Source of the DNA: Octopus vulgaris
Lineage: Eukaryota
Reading direction: 5' to 3'
Length of the DNA stretch: 64,000 nt
NCBI GenBank assembly: GCA_951406725.2
Contig: OX597825.1
Coordinates: 54,808,001-54,872,000 of the forward strand
A model generated the notes under the pieces. That model made no database searches and was not told where the DNA came from. It was given only the letters and a program-made list of their open reading frames with translations. Position 1 is the stretch's first letter, and each line of letters starts with the position of its first letter. Shown piece after piece: positions 42,561-56,557 of the stretch. Both the position numbers and the translations under genes were made by a program.

Positions 42561-42714
42561 AAGAACAGAGATATGCACTTTAATCATGACAACATGGCTA
42601 CCAATCTAGTGCTAGTGGTGCAAATACACACTTACATAAACACACACACTGGAGGTGCTTTCCAGAAATTTTGCGACTTGTTGAGGAAAGACAGCTATAA
42701 ATATCTTAGATTAT

Positions 42715-42885
42715 TGACAGCTGTTTCGATTCAAGTCTTTTGGAAATTAATTAGTATAGTTAAAAACATTTTAAAGCTGAATCTCATCGGAGGTAGCTAA
42801 AGATATACCTTCCGATGAGATACAGTTTTAAAATGTTTGTAATTATACTAATTAATTTCTAAGTCTTGAATTGAAACAACTGTCA
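42715..42885. repeat. Imperfect palindrome (~80-bp arms, ~10-nt spacer) made of two divergent hammerhead-like motifs
   Basis: Left arm, minus strand: CCGAUGA-GAUUCA...UGAAUC-GAAAC-AGCU-GUC. Right arm, plus strand: CCGAUGA-GAUACA...UGAAUU-GAAAC-AACU-GUC. Confidence 0.75.
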
Positions 42886-42946
42886 GAGATGATGTCCTAT
42901 TTTATAATTAATAAATAATTATTAATTTAATTATGTCTCTCTCTCT

Positions 42947-42986
<40 letters not shown>

Positions 42987-44159
42987 TTTATAGGTATGAG
43001 CTACTAAGTTTCATACACTGAAGATTATTTGAGCAGGTTTTAAAACACGCCTAGTGTCTTCAAGTAATGTCCAGGCTTTACGCATGTGGGCTACATAAGT
43101 TATAAATCAGAAAAATTGGACAAGAGAAACCACAAGAAAAACGAGATGAAGGTGGGTTCCAAATTGGGGTGGGGGTGAAAAAATGGAGAATGAGAGAGAA
43201 AAGAAAAAATAGAATTAGAATTATGTCCTTCTTGACCATAGAGTCACAAGGTGAAAAGGTGTATAATCAATGGAAGAAGTCTAAAGTCTACAACACAACT
43301 TCTCTATCCAGAGAGGGTGGTGTTCTCCAATTTGCCAAAATGAAACTTGTCCAAATATTTTTATTTGCTGAAAATATCTGATCTGGAATTCAGCAGTGCA
43401 GTGGAATTCTTAGATCTAAGAAGGCTATGTGATCTTTAAGCTACACATAACTTATATATATATATATGTAGATAAACCCGATTTTAGAGATAACAGACTG
43501 ACTTCCTTGGAGATACTTACCATTGGACTTGCTGCAAAAAAGAATTATAAAGTTTATAACAACATCACTACTTGTAGTTGAATATACTTACCTCATGTTA
43601 TGACCAGTTTGTAGACACCAAAAACTTCACAATCGGTTACTGGATACTAACCACCACTACTTTTGACCGGTCATCGTGGTTACCCTCACTGACATCAATA
43701 ATTTATAGTTTCACTGTTTCAGGATATGAAACTTTATAAGATCTGTGGTCAAACTTCAGCTCAACACACGTCTCTTCATCATGTACTGTGTGACTTGCAA
43801 AGATATATTTATGTTGGCTGAGATCATTAACTTCATCAAAATTAATATCAAAGCTTGTGGATAAAATTAACTAGATAGATATTGTAATTAATTAATTTGT
43901 TTATTTAGTAATTAACTAATATAAAGTTCCTTTATCCATCTCAATTAATATAAATAGGAAATTATATAAAAAATGCTATAGAATTTCTAATTATGTACAA
44001 GATAACAAATACAGAGACCCTTCTATTCAAATGTAGATCACCAAATGGGTTTAGAACAATAATTTAGGAAAACATGAATGGGTGTGTGTAAAGAATGTTC
44101 AGGCTTTGAAATTACGATATGTGGTTGTTAGATTAAACAAATATGATCAACCTTCCTTT

Positions 44160-44198
<39 letters not shown>

Positions 44199-44344
44199 AG
44201 ATATATGATATACATACACATATAAAGTATAAATATATGTATATATAGGTTTGATAAGTGCCATGCGTGAGACTCTCATCACTTGAGTTATTTTGTAACT
44301 TCTGCTAAATAAAAATAATAATAAGTGTACATACACATGTGTAT

Positions 44345-44388
<44 letters not shown>

Positions 44389-44974
44389 GCATGTGTGTTT
44401 ATGCATATTTACTGTATCCATATAGACTCTAGAAATAAGTTATGGTCTCTGACAGTAATAAAACAACTGAAATAAAATGATGTATGAAAGAGAGGTTTGA
44501 TGTGTATGTCACTTCTGGATGCAGCAGGGGGTAGTAGAAGGTAATGGGGTTAGTCCAGTGGTGGGAGGTGGTTAATGATGATGATGATTATAACTGTAAC
44601 AGTGAAATCAATAACAACAATAACAAACAAGATCTTTTGCAAAATTCTTTCACAACTATTCTATCTCCTTTTCAATTTATCTTCATGTCAATATCTTTCT
44701 ATTACCTTTTGTATCTTTCAATATATGTATATACACACACATACACACACTCTCTCTCTCTCTCTCCCCCACACACACAAATAAATTTTGGGACCTTTAG
44801 GTTTCAAATTATGTCCAACAATCATCAGCAAGGCTTATTGCAATAAATAAGAAAAAATATCAAAATATCTGGACATTTTCCAAGCAAGAGTGTTCTTTTC
44901 TTTTCATGAAAGATTTTACAATGTTGACTATTAGATCCTTCACCCATCAAATTGTATGTGTGCGTGTGTCTATG

Positions 44975-45026
<52 letters not shown>

Positions 45027-45647
45027 TAAAAGCTCCCTTTGCAGAAAGATTACTCAACTAAATTAGGAGACATTACATACTTGTAATTTCATAAATTTAT
45101 AATAAAAAAATATGTTGCTGCATGAATCTGATACAAGTAAAGCACAATCCAATAATGTAGAATCATTAAATCTATTTATGTAAATAATTTAGCTTTCATT
45201 ATTAATCTAGATTTTTTTTCAGAATTCTACATTGAATAACTATGTTAAACTAATGTTTTTCAACCTAGATTTGTGTTCCATATTGTAATGGCACTGAAAT
45301 GACCCCTTACTATAACTACTGTGGGTAGACAAGAAGAAAGTGTGGCATTTAGTATGTTCAATCTGAAGTTTAATACTTACGGTGAAGTTTGTATATTCTA
45401 CTGCAAAGCTTTCATGTTTATGGTTTCATATGGCTTAGAATGATTTTTAATTCTACTGTTTTTATAATATAATCTAACTGTTAGTTTGTTCTGAGGTGTA
45501 ATACACATATAAGGGTCTTTTATATTAATTACGCTGTGTAACACAATTTTTATCTTCATGTAGCAACTGTTATTTCCTATTTGCTTATTCCTAGAAAAAA
45601 CGAAAAATGACTAATATTTCCTTCAAAATTTGCTTTTGTTACTTTTA

Positions 45648-45812
45648 TTCAAACCCCAAAGAATCCCCCTCAAAACATGGCTGTGATATTCCCCTACTAC
45701 TCCTGCTCATGATTAGAGATGCACATATTGTCAGCCACTAAGGGACATGCTCAACTGGTTAAGGTCAAGCAACTGGCACACAAATTTGTGGTACTGAGCA
45801 GAATATTTGCAG
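45648..45812 (-). mobile_element. Internal fragment of the TAA-associated element at 10871-11427
   Basis: Reverse complement of ~10972-11140 (GCCACTAAGGGACATGCTCAACTGGTTAAGGTCAA). Confidence 0.75.
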
Positions 45813-46097
45813 TAACAATATTTCTGCTTCAGCAACTCAGCACTGAATTTGTATGAAAAAGGTCAATTTCTAAACTTTGATGTCCAGGTCACAAAAGTAA
45901 TGTTTGAAGAGAATAGCAGTTGTTTCCTTTGATTTCTAGATAGAAGCAAATAGGAAATAGCACTTAGAAAAAAAGAAAAAAAAAAGGATTTTATTATACA
46001 CTGTTATTCATTCTCTAATGGACATATTGTGGCATCATATAGCATAGTAAGAATGTCGCTTATATTGGTGGAGGCAACTTCGTTCTTGTATTGTCTA

Positions 46098-46555
46098 GGC
46101 ACAGCCATGGCTGTGTGGTTAAAAAATTCACTTCACAACCATGAGATTTCAGGTTCGGTACCAGTGTGCAACACCTTGTACAAGTGTCTCCAACTATGGC
46201 CCCAGGTCAACCAAAGCCTTGTGATTTGATTTAGTAGATGGAAACTAAATCAGGCTAATCATATATATGTTTGTGCCTGTATATGCAGTTTGTATCCCTT
46301 TGACTTGGCATTACACACTAATTGTAAACAAATTTTGCCATCATACAAGTGGTGTCATTCATTTACAATCATCTGTGGAAACGTGTGTCCATTGTACTGT
46401 CTGCATTCAACAGAGTAGGAGAAATATTACCCTACTTGGAAACAGGTATGGGTTGACGGCAGGAAGCATGTCCAGTTATAGAAAATTTGGTTCAATAATT
46501 CTGTCTGATTCTTGCAAGCAAGGAGAACTGGGCAGAAAAACATTGAAGATGATGA
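46098..46555 (+). mobile_element. Old SINE (family A-like head, RTE-type tail)
   Basis: GGCACAGCCATGGCTGTGTGGTTAA..CAACCATGAG.TTTCAGGTTC head and ..ACATTGAAGATGATGAT tail. Similar decayed copies near 59000-59430 and 60872-61010. Confidence 0.6.
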
Positions 46556-47736
46556 TAATGGCAACAATGGCTATTCTATAACTTTATCTTTAGTGTATTT
46601 AGGGATCTGCTATAAATTACTGTATCTTTAATAATTTGGATTCTATTAATAAACCATCTTTAAAGATTCATCTCTGAAGGGATTTCACAATGGACATTAA
46701 ATCTATGAGGACACTCACAATATACATATGTACATATAAACGCATTAGTTAAGGTTCTTAATGTACACAGATGTACTATAGAAGATATTACTTATTCCTA
46801 CATTTAAAGTTGTGTTGTCTGTATTTGTAAGTAAACCATGTTGAATGGCAAATTTTGAGATGACATTATTTTCTCAATTGGAGGCAGTTGTTTCCTTGGT
46901 TGGTCCATCACAGAGGAGAGAATCATCTGGGATCTTTTTGTTAGTAAAGTAAATACATTTATGCATTTATTTAGATGAATTTCTTTTTTTTTTTTTTTTT
47001 ACATTTCAGTTATGGAGTCCTTAGTACTTGTATTCAACTATAAAGTTTTAAATACTCATATACAGCACTATTTCGATCTCATTGCATCTCATCAGTACTA
47101 GAAAACTGCAGATTTCTTAATTATACTATATTATTCCATTATGAAAGGAGCATGTCCCAGTGTGTTTGTCACAATAAATGTATGATCAGGATACCAAGAA
47201 TACACTCAGGAATAACCCCAATCTTTATGCTAAGGATGGTGAACTCTTTAGAGGGGGTCCAAGTAGACATCATGTAGGCACTCTAGCCTTCCAAGTATAT
47301 ATAGTCTCATGGATGGATAATAGAAAGAAAATACAGTCGTGCAAGCTAGTAGGAGCTTCTGTAAGATGTTTATTCGGCATACTAGTTGTTTTATTTGTTG
47401 GTTGTTTATGCACATTCATTACTAAGATAATTATGGTTTCAATCATTAGAGCATCAGTAAAGAGGCTCAAGATATACACAGATGAGTAGGAGTTTGTGAG
47501 AAGAGCAATGGCAGTGCCAATGATAATTATGCAGGGCCTCCAAAACTGATGCAGTAACAGAAAGGTCTCAACATTCTCAGACAAGGGACTTGGTTTAAAT
47601 ACTTGAGGTGGACTCCACTAAAGTCCTTTTGAAGTGACCTTATTTTATATAATACACACACATACACACATACGTAATATATATATAGAGAGAGAGGGAA
47701 AAAGAGAGGGAGAGAGACAGATAAATAGACCAGTAA

Positions 47737-47790
<54 letters not shown>

Positions 47791-47957
47791 GAACACACAC
47801 AGTAAGCAAGAGATGGATAAATAGACCAGTATATATAAGTATAAATGTTTGTGTGTGTATATATATATGTGTGTGTGTGTGTGTATATATATATGTAAAT
47901 ATATATATATGTATATATATGCATATATATGTGTGTATATATATATGTGTATATGTT

Positions 47958-48012
<55 letters not shown>

Positions 48013-48410
48013 AAGAAAATAAGAGTGAGAGAGAGGCATACATAGTAAAATTCAAATACATATATATTACATTGAAAGAATTAACCAAGAAAAATAACCA
48101 CAAACAATTAAAATTAATTAACAAGATGAGAACTATGTTTATATGTTTAAATTAATAACAACAATTATAATCATAATTATAATAATGATAATCATTCATA
48201 ATATTCATAATAATAACGATAATAATAATAGTAATAATAATAATAATAATCATGATCGTTATAATTAAAACAATTGTAATAGTCATGACAGCCATAACAG
48301 ATTATGGCAATTAATAAAACAATAAGGGTAATAATGAAATTGTCATATTAGTTAATATGTTATTGGTGGTAATAGTTGTAATTTGTCAGTATCGAAATCA
48401 TAATTATATC

Positions 48411-48444
<34 letters not shown>

Positions 48445-48641
48445 TTGAAGAAGAATGAAAGATGACGAATGAAACGACGCATTGGGAGAAGTTATTAGTT
48501 TCCCATTAAACATACATGTAGTATATACATGTGGTATACACATACATATATATGTATATATGTACATATATGTATGTTTGTGTGTCTCTAAAACATGTAT
48601 ATCATGAAATACAACTGTGTGTGTGTGCACATATATATATA

Positions 48642-48689
<48 letters not shown>

Positions 48690-49370
48690 TATTTCTGTGT
48701 GTATATGTATGTATGTATTTATATATATATATTTATATATGTGTCTGTTGTCTCTTTCTTTCTCTCTTTCTCTCTCGCTCTCTCTCTCTTTCTCTATAGA
48801 CTCTCAAATAGTCTCAGTCACAGGAAAGGGGACATTAGGGCGGGTGGAGGAATGGGGTGCATACGTCTTTTGTTATTGTTGTTATTGAAACTGTGGTTAT
48901 TTTTTTTTCTCTCTGGTATGATGGTGGTGATTTTTTTCTTTTTTATTCCTTCAATAATTGCATTTGTATCAAGGTCAGTGTCGAAGGTCAAAAGTCAAAG
49001 AAGAAAAGAAGGCAGGAAGGAAAGAAGGAAGGCAGGTTAGGGTGGATATGTGATTAAGGTAAGACAAGGTAGGAAGGTAGGTAAGAGGATAAAAAATGAT
49101 GTTAAGGATACCTAGTGATATGGGATAGGAGATGGTTTGACGATTTCTTGTTCGAAATGTTCTACTTTCACTTTCCTTTTAACACATCACATTTCATATC
49201 TTCAGTCATAATAACTTCCTTTTATATATTTTTTTGTTTCTCATTTATCTCATGTCATCGCATCTCATCTCATATTTATGTGTTTTTCATTACCAAATAA
49301 TTTTACATATATATATATGTATATTTGTATTCTTCTATTACATACATTTTATATACATAGATAGATGTGG

Positions 49371-49413
<43 letters not shown>

Positions 49414-50134
49414 GATGGATACATATATACATATACATAGATGGATACATACATATATATATACATAGATGGATACATACATATATACATACATATATAT
49501 GTATATATGTTTGTATATATATATTTGTGTGTTTGTGTATTTCTGTGTGGGGAGTGTAGGTAGGGAAGGGAAAGAAATTAATTTTTTTTAAACGATCTGA
49601 TTTTTTTTTCCACTTTTGTATTATTATTTATTTATCTTTTATTGTAAATAAAATGACTTTTCTTATTTGATTTCATTTTTCTCCAGTGTCATTATTTTTC
49701 ATTTTCACTATTTCACTTTGTTTCTTAATTTTCTTTCATTTTCATTTCAATTCAATTGGTTTCGTTTCATTTCGTCTTCACATTGTTCAATGGTTTTCCA
49801 AGAGTTTGGCTTTATTTCAGAGTTATCTTTCCCTTATACAATATTTTGTTTCGTTTTTTTGTTTGTTTTTCTTTTTGATATGAAGATGATATGGTTTCTA
49901 ATTTTAGGAAGAAAAGTATTTTACGTTCATATATATACATATATATACGTATGTGTGTTTGTATTTTTTCATTTTTTTTATTGTTTATTATTATGATGAT
50001 TATTATTATTATCATAAATTTCATTCCTTTTCTTTCCCCTCTCATACTTTTTTTCTTTTTTCAAGATCTTGTATTCTTCCTTCTATCTTTCTGCGTCCTC
50101 TTTCTCAGGTTTCCTTTTTATTATGTCTTCATAT

Positions 50135-50168
<34 letters not shown>

Positions 50169-50204
50169 ATATATATACACACATATCTATATACATATAT
50201 ACAC

Positions 50205-50235
<31 letters not shown>

Positions 50236-50612
50236 TATATACACGTCTGTCTGTCTTTTATTTCATATCCACTTTTTATATCGCTTTGTGCTCTCTTATT
50301 CTGTCTCCTCCATGTCCTCCTACTCTCCTCATTCACCTAATCAGCCACCTCCACCTACTCCTCCTGCTCCACTTTGTTTCAATCCTCCATCTTATATATA
50401 TCTTTTTTTCTCATTTTGTCTTTGCAGTAAACCAGTGTAAGTTTCTCAATACCAACTAGCTCTTCCCACTAATACCCATGAAAAAAAATTGAATAAAAAT
50501 AAATAAAAATAAAAAATAAGCATATAATTGACAACAACAACAAAATTTATTCAAACAAAAATTAATAAAAAAATTCCAGGGACATTATATAGCTATATAC
50601 ATATATACATGC

Positions 50613-50652
<40 letters not shown>

Positions 50653-50748
50653 CATACATATATATATATAAATACATATATATATATATACACATAATAC
50701 ACATATGTATATATATATATATACATACATATATACATACATACATAT

Positions 50749-50779
<31 letters not shown>

Positions 50780-50852
50780 CACATATAATACATACATATA
50801 TAGATATAAATATATATATATATATATATACATATAATACATACATATATAG

Positions 50853-50883
<31 letters not shown>

Positions 50884-50905
50884 CATATAATACATACATA
50901 TATAG

Positions 50906-50943
<38 letters not shown>

Positions 50944-50958
50944 TACATACATATATAG

Positions 50959-50998
<40 letters not shown>

Positions 50999-51013
50999 TA
51001 CATACATATATAG

Positions 51014-51044
<31 letters not shown>

Positions 51045-51055
51045 ATACATACATC
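50780..51055. repeat. Higher-order AT-rich repeat: CATATAATACATACATATATAGATATAAA(TA)n, about 5-6 units
   Basis: The fixed cassette recurs with variable (TA)n length. Confidence 0.8.
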
Positions 51056-51111
51056 TATATATATATATATGCACACATATAAACATACATATACAGATAT
51101 ACACACACATA

Positions 51112-51148
<37 letters not shown>

Positions 51149-51204
51149 AAACGTATATGTATACAAACATAGATATATACATGCATATATATATGTACAC
51201 ACAC

Positions 51205-51251
<47 letters not shown>

Positions 51252-51731
51252 AATATATATATACATATATATAAGGACATGTATGATTTATTTGACCAAT
51301 ACTGGAGTGAGACTCACAGGCCTCTTCAAGCAATGAGACTTTAACTGAGTACTCAGAATGGATGCCCTTACTGTTACCGGCAGTGTCAGAGTAGATGAGG
51401 TTAGAAACAGCCAATGGTCACAGCATATCAGGGAGACTGACACCAGATATTAATAGGTTTGAAACATAATAAAAAAAACAATACCATACAAAGCCTATAA
51501 TGCAGGGTATGAGAGTTGTGTTGTAGTACTGTTCCTGACACATCGACTATATATATGTATGTATATTGCATGTGTGTGTGTGTGTTTATATAAGTCAACA
51601 CTTTTACTGAGTTCCCCATCAAAAACTGTACTGTTCTGTCTGATCCCTAAATTTCCTTAGAACAATCACATGTATAAGTTTATATCTATAAATATGAATA
51701 CAAGTATACACACACGGACACACACACACAC

Positions 51732-51776
<45 letters not shown>

Positions 51777-52054
51777 TGTGTGTGTATGTATATGCCTATG
51801 TGTGCATGTGTTTTGTTTATATTATGCAGTTCTTGATTTTATATTCTGTTTTGATCATTTTACTCTGCACTTTCCAGTTGCTGTGTCATATGATGTTTAG
51901 CAAGAATCTATACATTGAAACAAAGATAAAAAAAACAACAAAAAATACCCCGGAAAGATCATCTTCAGCAACATCAATAATAATAATAATAATAATAATA
52001 ATAAAGGAACAAAACAAGAAATGAGAAAGAAAACAGTACTTCATTCCCTTTATC

Positions 52055-52088
<34 letters not shown>

Positions 52089-53620
52089 GTAATAATAATA
52101 ATAATAATGATAAAAATGATAATGTTAATAATATTAATAATAATAATAATAATAATAATCAGAAGAAGATAAATGTACAGAAAACAACCAAGGGAGATAA
52201 CTCCTATTCTTTGTTGATGCTGCTGGCATGTTTCATCAGACATTTTTATGAAATGTTTTAAATTTGGGTGTAAAAGTTTTTTTTAGCTGTGTGGCATTCT
52301 CTTCTCTATATGTCCTGAGCTAAAGGCAGTAATATATACATGGTTACACACATACACACTCACATATATGTATATATATATATATATACCCAGATGTTTC
52401 ATTACTCCTAGTAACTATATATGGAGAGATTTTATGCCTCCATTCTCACTCTTATGTTATAGGCGTGGGTACATACACACAAGTGTAAAAGAAAGATTAA
52501 AGCTAAAAAAAAAAATGAAAAATATAAACACACACACACGTATATATGTGTATACATATATAAGTATGCCTATGTGTTTTTGTGTGTGCACGTGTGTGTC
52601 GTTTTATATATATATATATATGTATATACATAGGTATTTATATATATATATGTATGTATTTGTCTTTCTGAACTTTGATAACTTCATTCATTTCATCTCT
52701 TTTTCAATTTATTTGCCTTTTAATCATATATTGTTACTATTATTATAATTTATAGTGGTAGTGCTGGTAATAGTAGTAGTAGTATTAGTAGAAGTTGCAA
52801 TATTGCTTATCTTTGCTTTCATATTGTTTTTATTTTATTTTTTGCTGTTCTTTTTTTTTCTATTCTGGAAAAAGAATTTGAATACTGGAAAATGTGTTTG
52901 GACTGAGGGCATCAGTTCTTTATGATATGAAGATTTCCCAGTAATAAAACAGCTATCCAATGTTAGAACGACAGACTCAAATGAAAAAAGAAGGTACCCA
53001 TTGTTAGCAAGAATTTTCCCAATGCTAGTGCCAGGTATTCAAATATAACATACCAAAATAATGCAAACTGAGGTATCCTATTCGAAAACGAAATTGAAGT
53101 AGTCTTGTGATATAATATAATATGGTAATAATACAATGAAATACACCAACTGAAAACATGTTTATTCCACAATTCTTAAATTCATGAAATCCAGTTATTA
53201 AATTTAGGTACTGTAATAATGAAACTGAGGTACTATGATGTTAAAGTAAAACAAGGTACATTAACAACAGCATGAAGTTATGTAATATAAAAATTATGTA
53301 TGATGATACTAGAGTAACATAGCTTAATGAAACATCCATGTACCCTATTGATAAAATGATGTACCCTGTTCACACAGTGTATCTCAATGATATGGCATTG
53401 TACCTTGTTTTTAAAATCATGTACCTTGATGCTTAAACAACACAGTTCAATGATAAATCTATGTACCCAGTAACTAAAATTATGTACCCCGATGTTTAAA
53501 CAATGATAAACTCAAAGTACACTGGTTAATAAAATAATGATATAATGTACCACAATGATATATTTGCCATAAAAACTAACAATGCAGCCTGATTTAACTG
53601 TAACATGTTGTCTTATATAT

Positions 53621-53657
<37 letters not shown>

Positions 53658-53944
53658 ATAATGAGAATATTTGTCATTTCCAGTTTGTCAATATTCATAT
53701 ATCTTGCTTCATGTGGGTTAATAATACTTTTTCTTTTTTTTCTTTTTTTGCTTAATGAGAAAATTATTGTCTCATTAGACACACCTGTTTGTGTAATATG
53801 CTATATGGTATCAGCCAGTTGCTGCAGCTTTGAAATGGTTGTAAAGAGCTATCTTCATCTTGTAGTTTAGATATGTATATGTAACATCTCATATAAACTA
53901 ATAATTACCATACAGAATTGTTCGTCCATCTTTTTTCTAATTAT

Positions 53945-54135
53945 ATCATCATCGTTTGATGTCTGTGTTCCATGCTGGCAGAGGTTGGATTGTTTGACAA
54001 GATCTGGCAGGCCGAAGGACTGCAACATGCTTGACTACCTACTTCAACATAGTTTCTCTGACTGGATGCCTTTCCTAATGCCAACCACTTTACAGCTTAT
54101 ACTGGGTGCTCTTTACATACCACCAACACTGGTGA
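53945..54135 (-). mobile_element. SINE/RTE-type 3' end
   Basis: CATCATCGTTT.A.GTC.G..TTCCATGCTGGCA..GGTTGGA and CTGGATGCC.TTCCTAATGCCAACCAC. The tail is shared with 62722-62770 and with the RTE end at 40630. Confidence 0.65.
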
Positions 54136-55521
54136 AGTTGCTCTGCAGCTTGCAAGACTACAAAGCCTGAAACAAGAGGCTTTATGGTAGAAGATGAGAG
54201 ATTAAAGTATGAAATAAGGACCCAGTACAGAACAGGTTTCTTCCTGTAGAGAGAGTACCTGTCTCTATATGTGTTTACTCATATATATATGTATATGTAT
54301 GTATATATATGTATGTATGCATATATATACACATATATATCATAATATATATTGCAGGTATGAGTATATGGATTATCTACCATTGTAGATTTAGTGACTA
54401 ACTTCTACATAGATTAATCTTCAGGTAGAATAATATTTTATAAATAATTAGCAGAGATAGTTGGCACACCTGTCACCTGCACCAATTCTTTCTCTTCTGT
54501 ATATTATTTTTATTTCATTAATTTAAATAAATCTCAATTCTTATTCCTATTTTTTCACTCTCAACTTCAAGAAGATTCACCTACACTTAAGAAATCTTCC
54601 AACAGGTGGTGAAGACAAGTATAGAAAAGACAGATTTATTTACCGGGAATATGGTATGACTAATCTAACCGAAGATTCATTCTTCAGTATCTTGCACCAG
54701 CAAATTATTGAGTCTCAACTTCTCTCTCTCACTCAGATACAGTGTATATATTTTAATCAGAGTATCCACCAAGAGAGGGCTCAGATATATATATTTCTTT
54801 TCACTTGTTTCAGTCATTAGACGGTGGCCATGCTGGGGCACTGCCTTTATATGTCAAATATTTTCACTCCATTATATACAATATCAAAGTGAGCATGGGA
54901 GTATAATATGCCTTAACTAGGCAAGGTACTCTATCTTAAATGGATTATTCACAACATCATAAATGAAGTATTTACCCTGTTGCAGTTTAAGTCATTATAC
55001 GAGTTAGTACCCCACCATCTTTGCTGATATATAATATATACAATATGTAAACTGATGTATACTCTATTCTTAATCATTTACTGGCCCAAGCTGGGTGGCA
55101 ATGGCCAGAAAGGAACACAGCCATAATATGTACTTCTTATAACACAAATGTCTACTCAGTCATATCAAATACACACACACACACACACACACACATATAT
55201 TATGAGAGTAGAATACAGTGACCTTGTATTAATCTTGACACTATCAACATATACAATACATGCATATATATATTTTATCATAGCTGAGTATGGAAAAGAT
55301 CTCATATGCTATACATTCACCATCTTAGCTATAGTGTATACAGGATGAGTGTTAACCCTAACACATACTATAGGGCTCCACATTAAGTATATTGAATATC
55401 TTAATTTTCTTTCTCATTCTTTTATGATTTCTCAATAAACTCATGATATACATGCACATATGTACACACATACATACTCATATATATATATATATATATA
55501 TATATGTAATTCCTCAAAAGC

Positions 55522-55626
55522 AATGTTGTTGAATAGTGACTTCGAAGTTTTGGCCAGCTAAGCCATTGTCAAACTGTTGATGGCTTAGCGGGCCAAAACT
55601 TCGAAATCACTGTCAACAACAACATT
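55522..55626. repeat. Hairpin-forming inverted repeat (32-bp core arms with 2 mismatches, 13-nt loop, extendable flanks)
   Basis: AGTGACTTCGAAGTTTTGGCCAGCTAAGCCAT (55535-55566) versus ATGGCTTAGCGGGCCAAAACTTCGAAATCACT (55580-55611). Outer AATGTTGTTG / CAACAACATT. Confidence 0.9.
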
Positions 55627-56193
55627 CTTTTATATGAATAATAAATCTGTACTCCACAAAAGTATAGAGTAACCCATCAGATTAATGCAAAATTGTTTTT
55701 AATATAACTAAACATAGAAACGAACATCAATATACATACATATGTGTGTGTGTGTAAATGTATAAAGGTAGATAGAGAAAGATAGGCACACATATCACAT
55801 ACAAACACATATATATATGCCTTGTTTTCACTCAGGTTTAGGTGCATTTGTGTGTGCATATATATATATATGTTTGTGTCACTTATCTGGAATACATGCA
55901 TGTGTCTATACAGATTTCAATGAATTTTTTTTTCTATCTTGAAAGCATGTATATATACAGTGCCATAATAAAATTATATATTTTTATCTTAATTGGTTAA
56001 CTATGTATGTTTTACATATATTTATGCGTATGTATACATATATATTCAATATATATATTTATGTGCACATGTGTATTCAAATAAGTAAGTACCCATATGT
56101 ATAATACACATACATATATACCTACATCCATACACATATATGTACATATATACATAAATCTATAATAGCTATATATATATATATGTGTGTGTG

Positions 56194-56243
<50 letters not shown>

Positions 56244-56519
56244 CAAATATTTATGCATATTCATATATAATTATATGCATAAATGTGTGTGTAAATATTT
56301 CTACATTTTAGTGTATAAACATATACATTTCTCTATTTCTCTCCTCCTCCTCTCTCTCTAATTTTCCTTCACTCCCTCTTTCTCACACGTTTTCTTCCTC
56401 TCTCTCTATACATACATACATACATACATATATGTGTATATATATATATATATATATGCATGTATGGGAGTGTGTGAAGATAGAGAGACACAAAGGGGAG
56501 ACAGAGATATTTACATGCA

Positions 56520-56557
<38 letters not shown>

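Noticed and set aside
47178-47584. Overlapping ~100-aa ORFs on both strands, plus a plus-strand acceptor-like T-tract/CAG at ~46985-47009
   Set aside because: No recognisable protein motif, and all frames after the acceptor stop quickly. More likely UTR or non-coding unique sequence; it cannot be supported without expression data.
54380-54700. Additional CUGAAGA-containing hammerhead candidates (also ~23030 and ~39090)
   Set aside because: The second core box GAAA or the stems are missing, so they are not distinguishable from chance or terminal decay.
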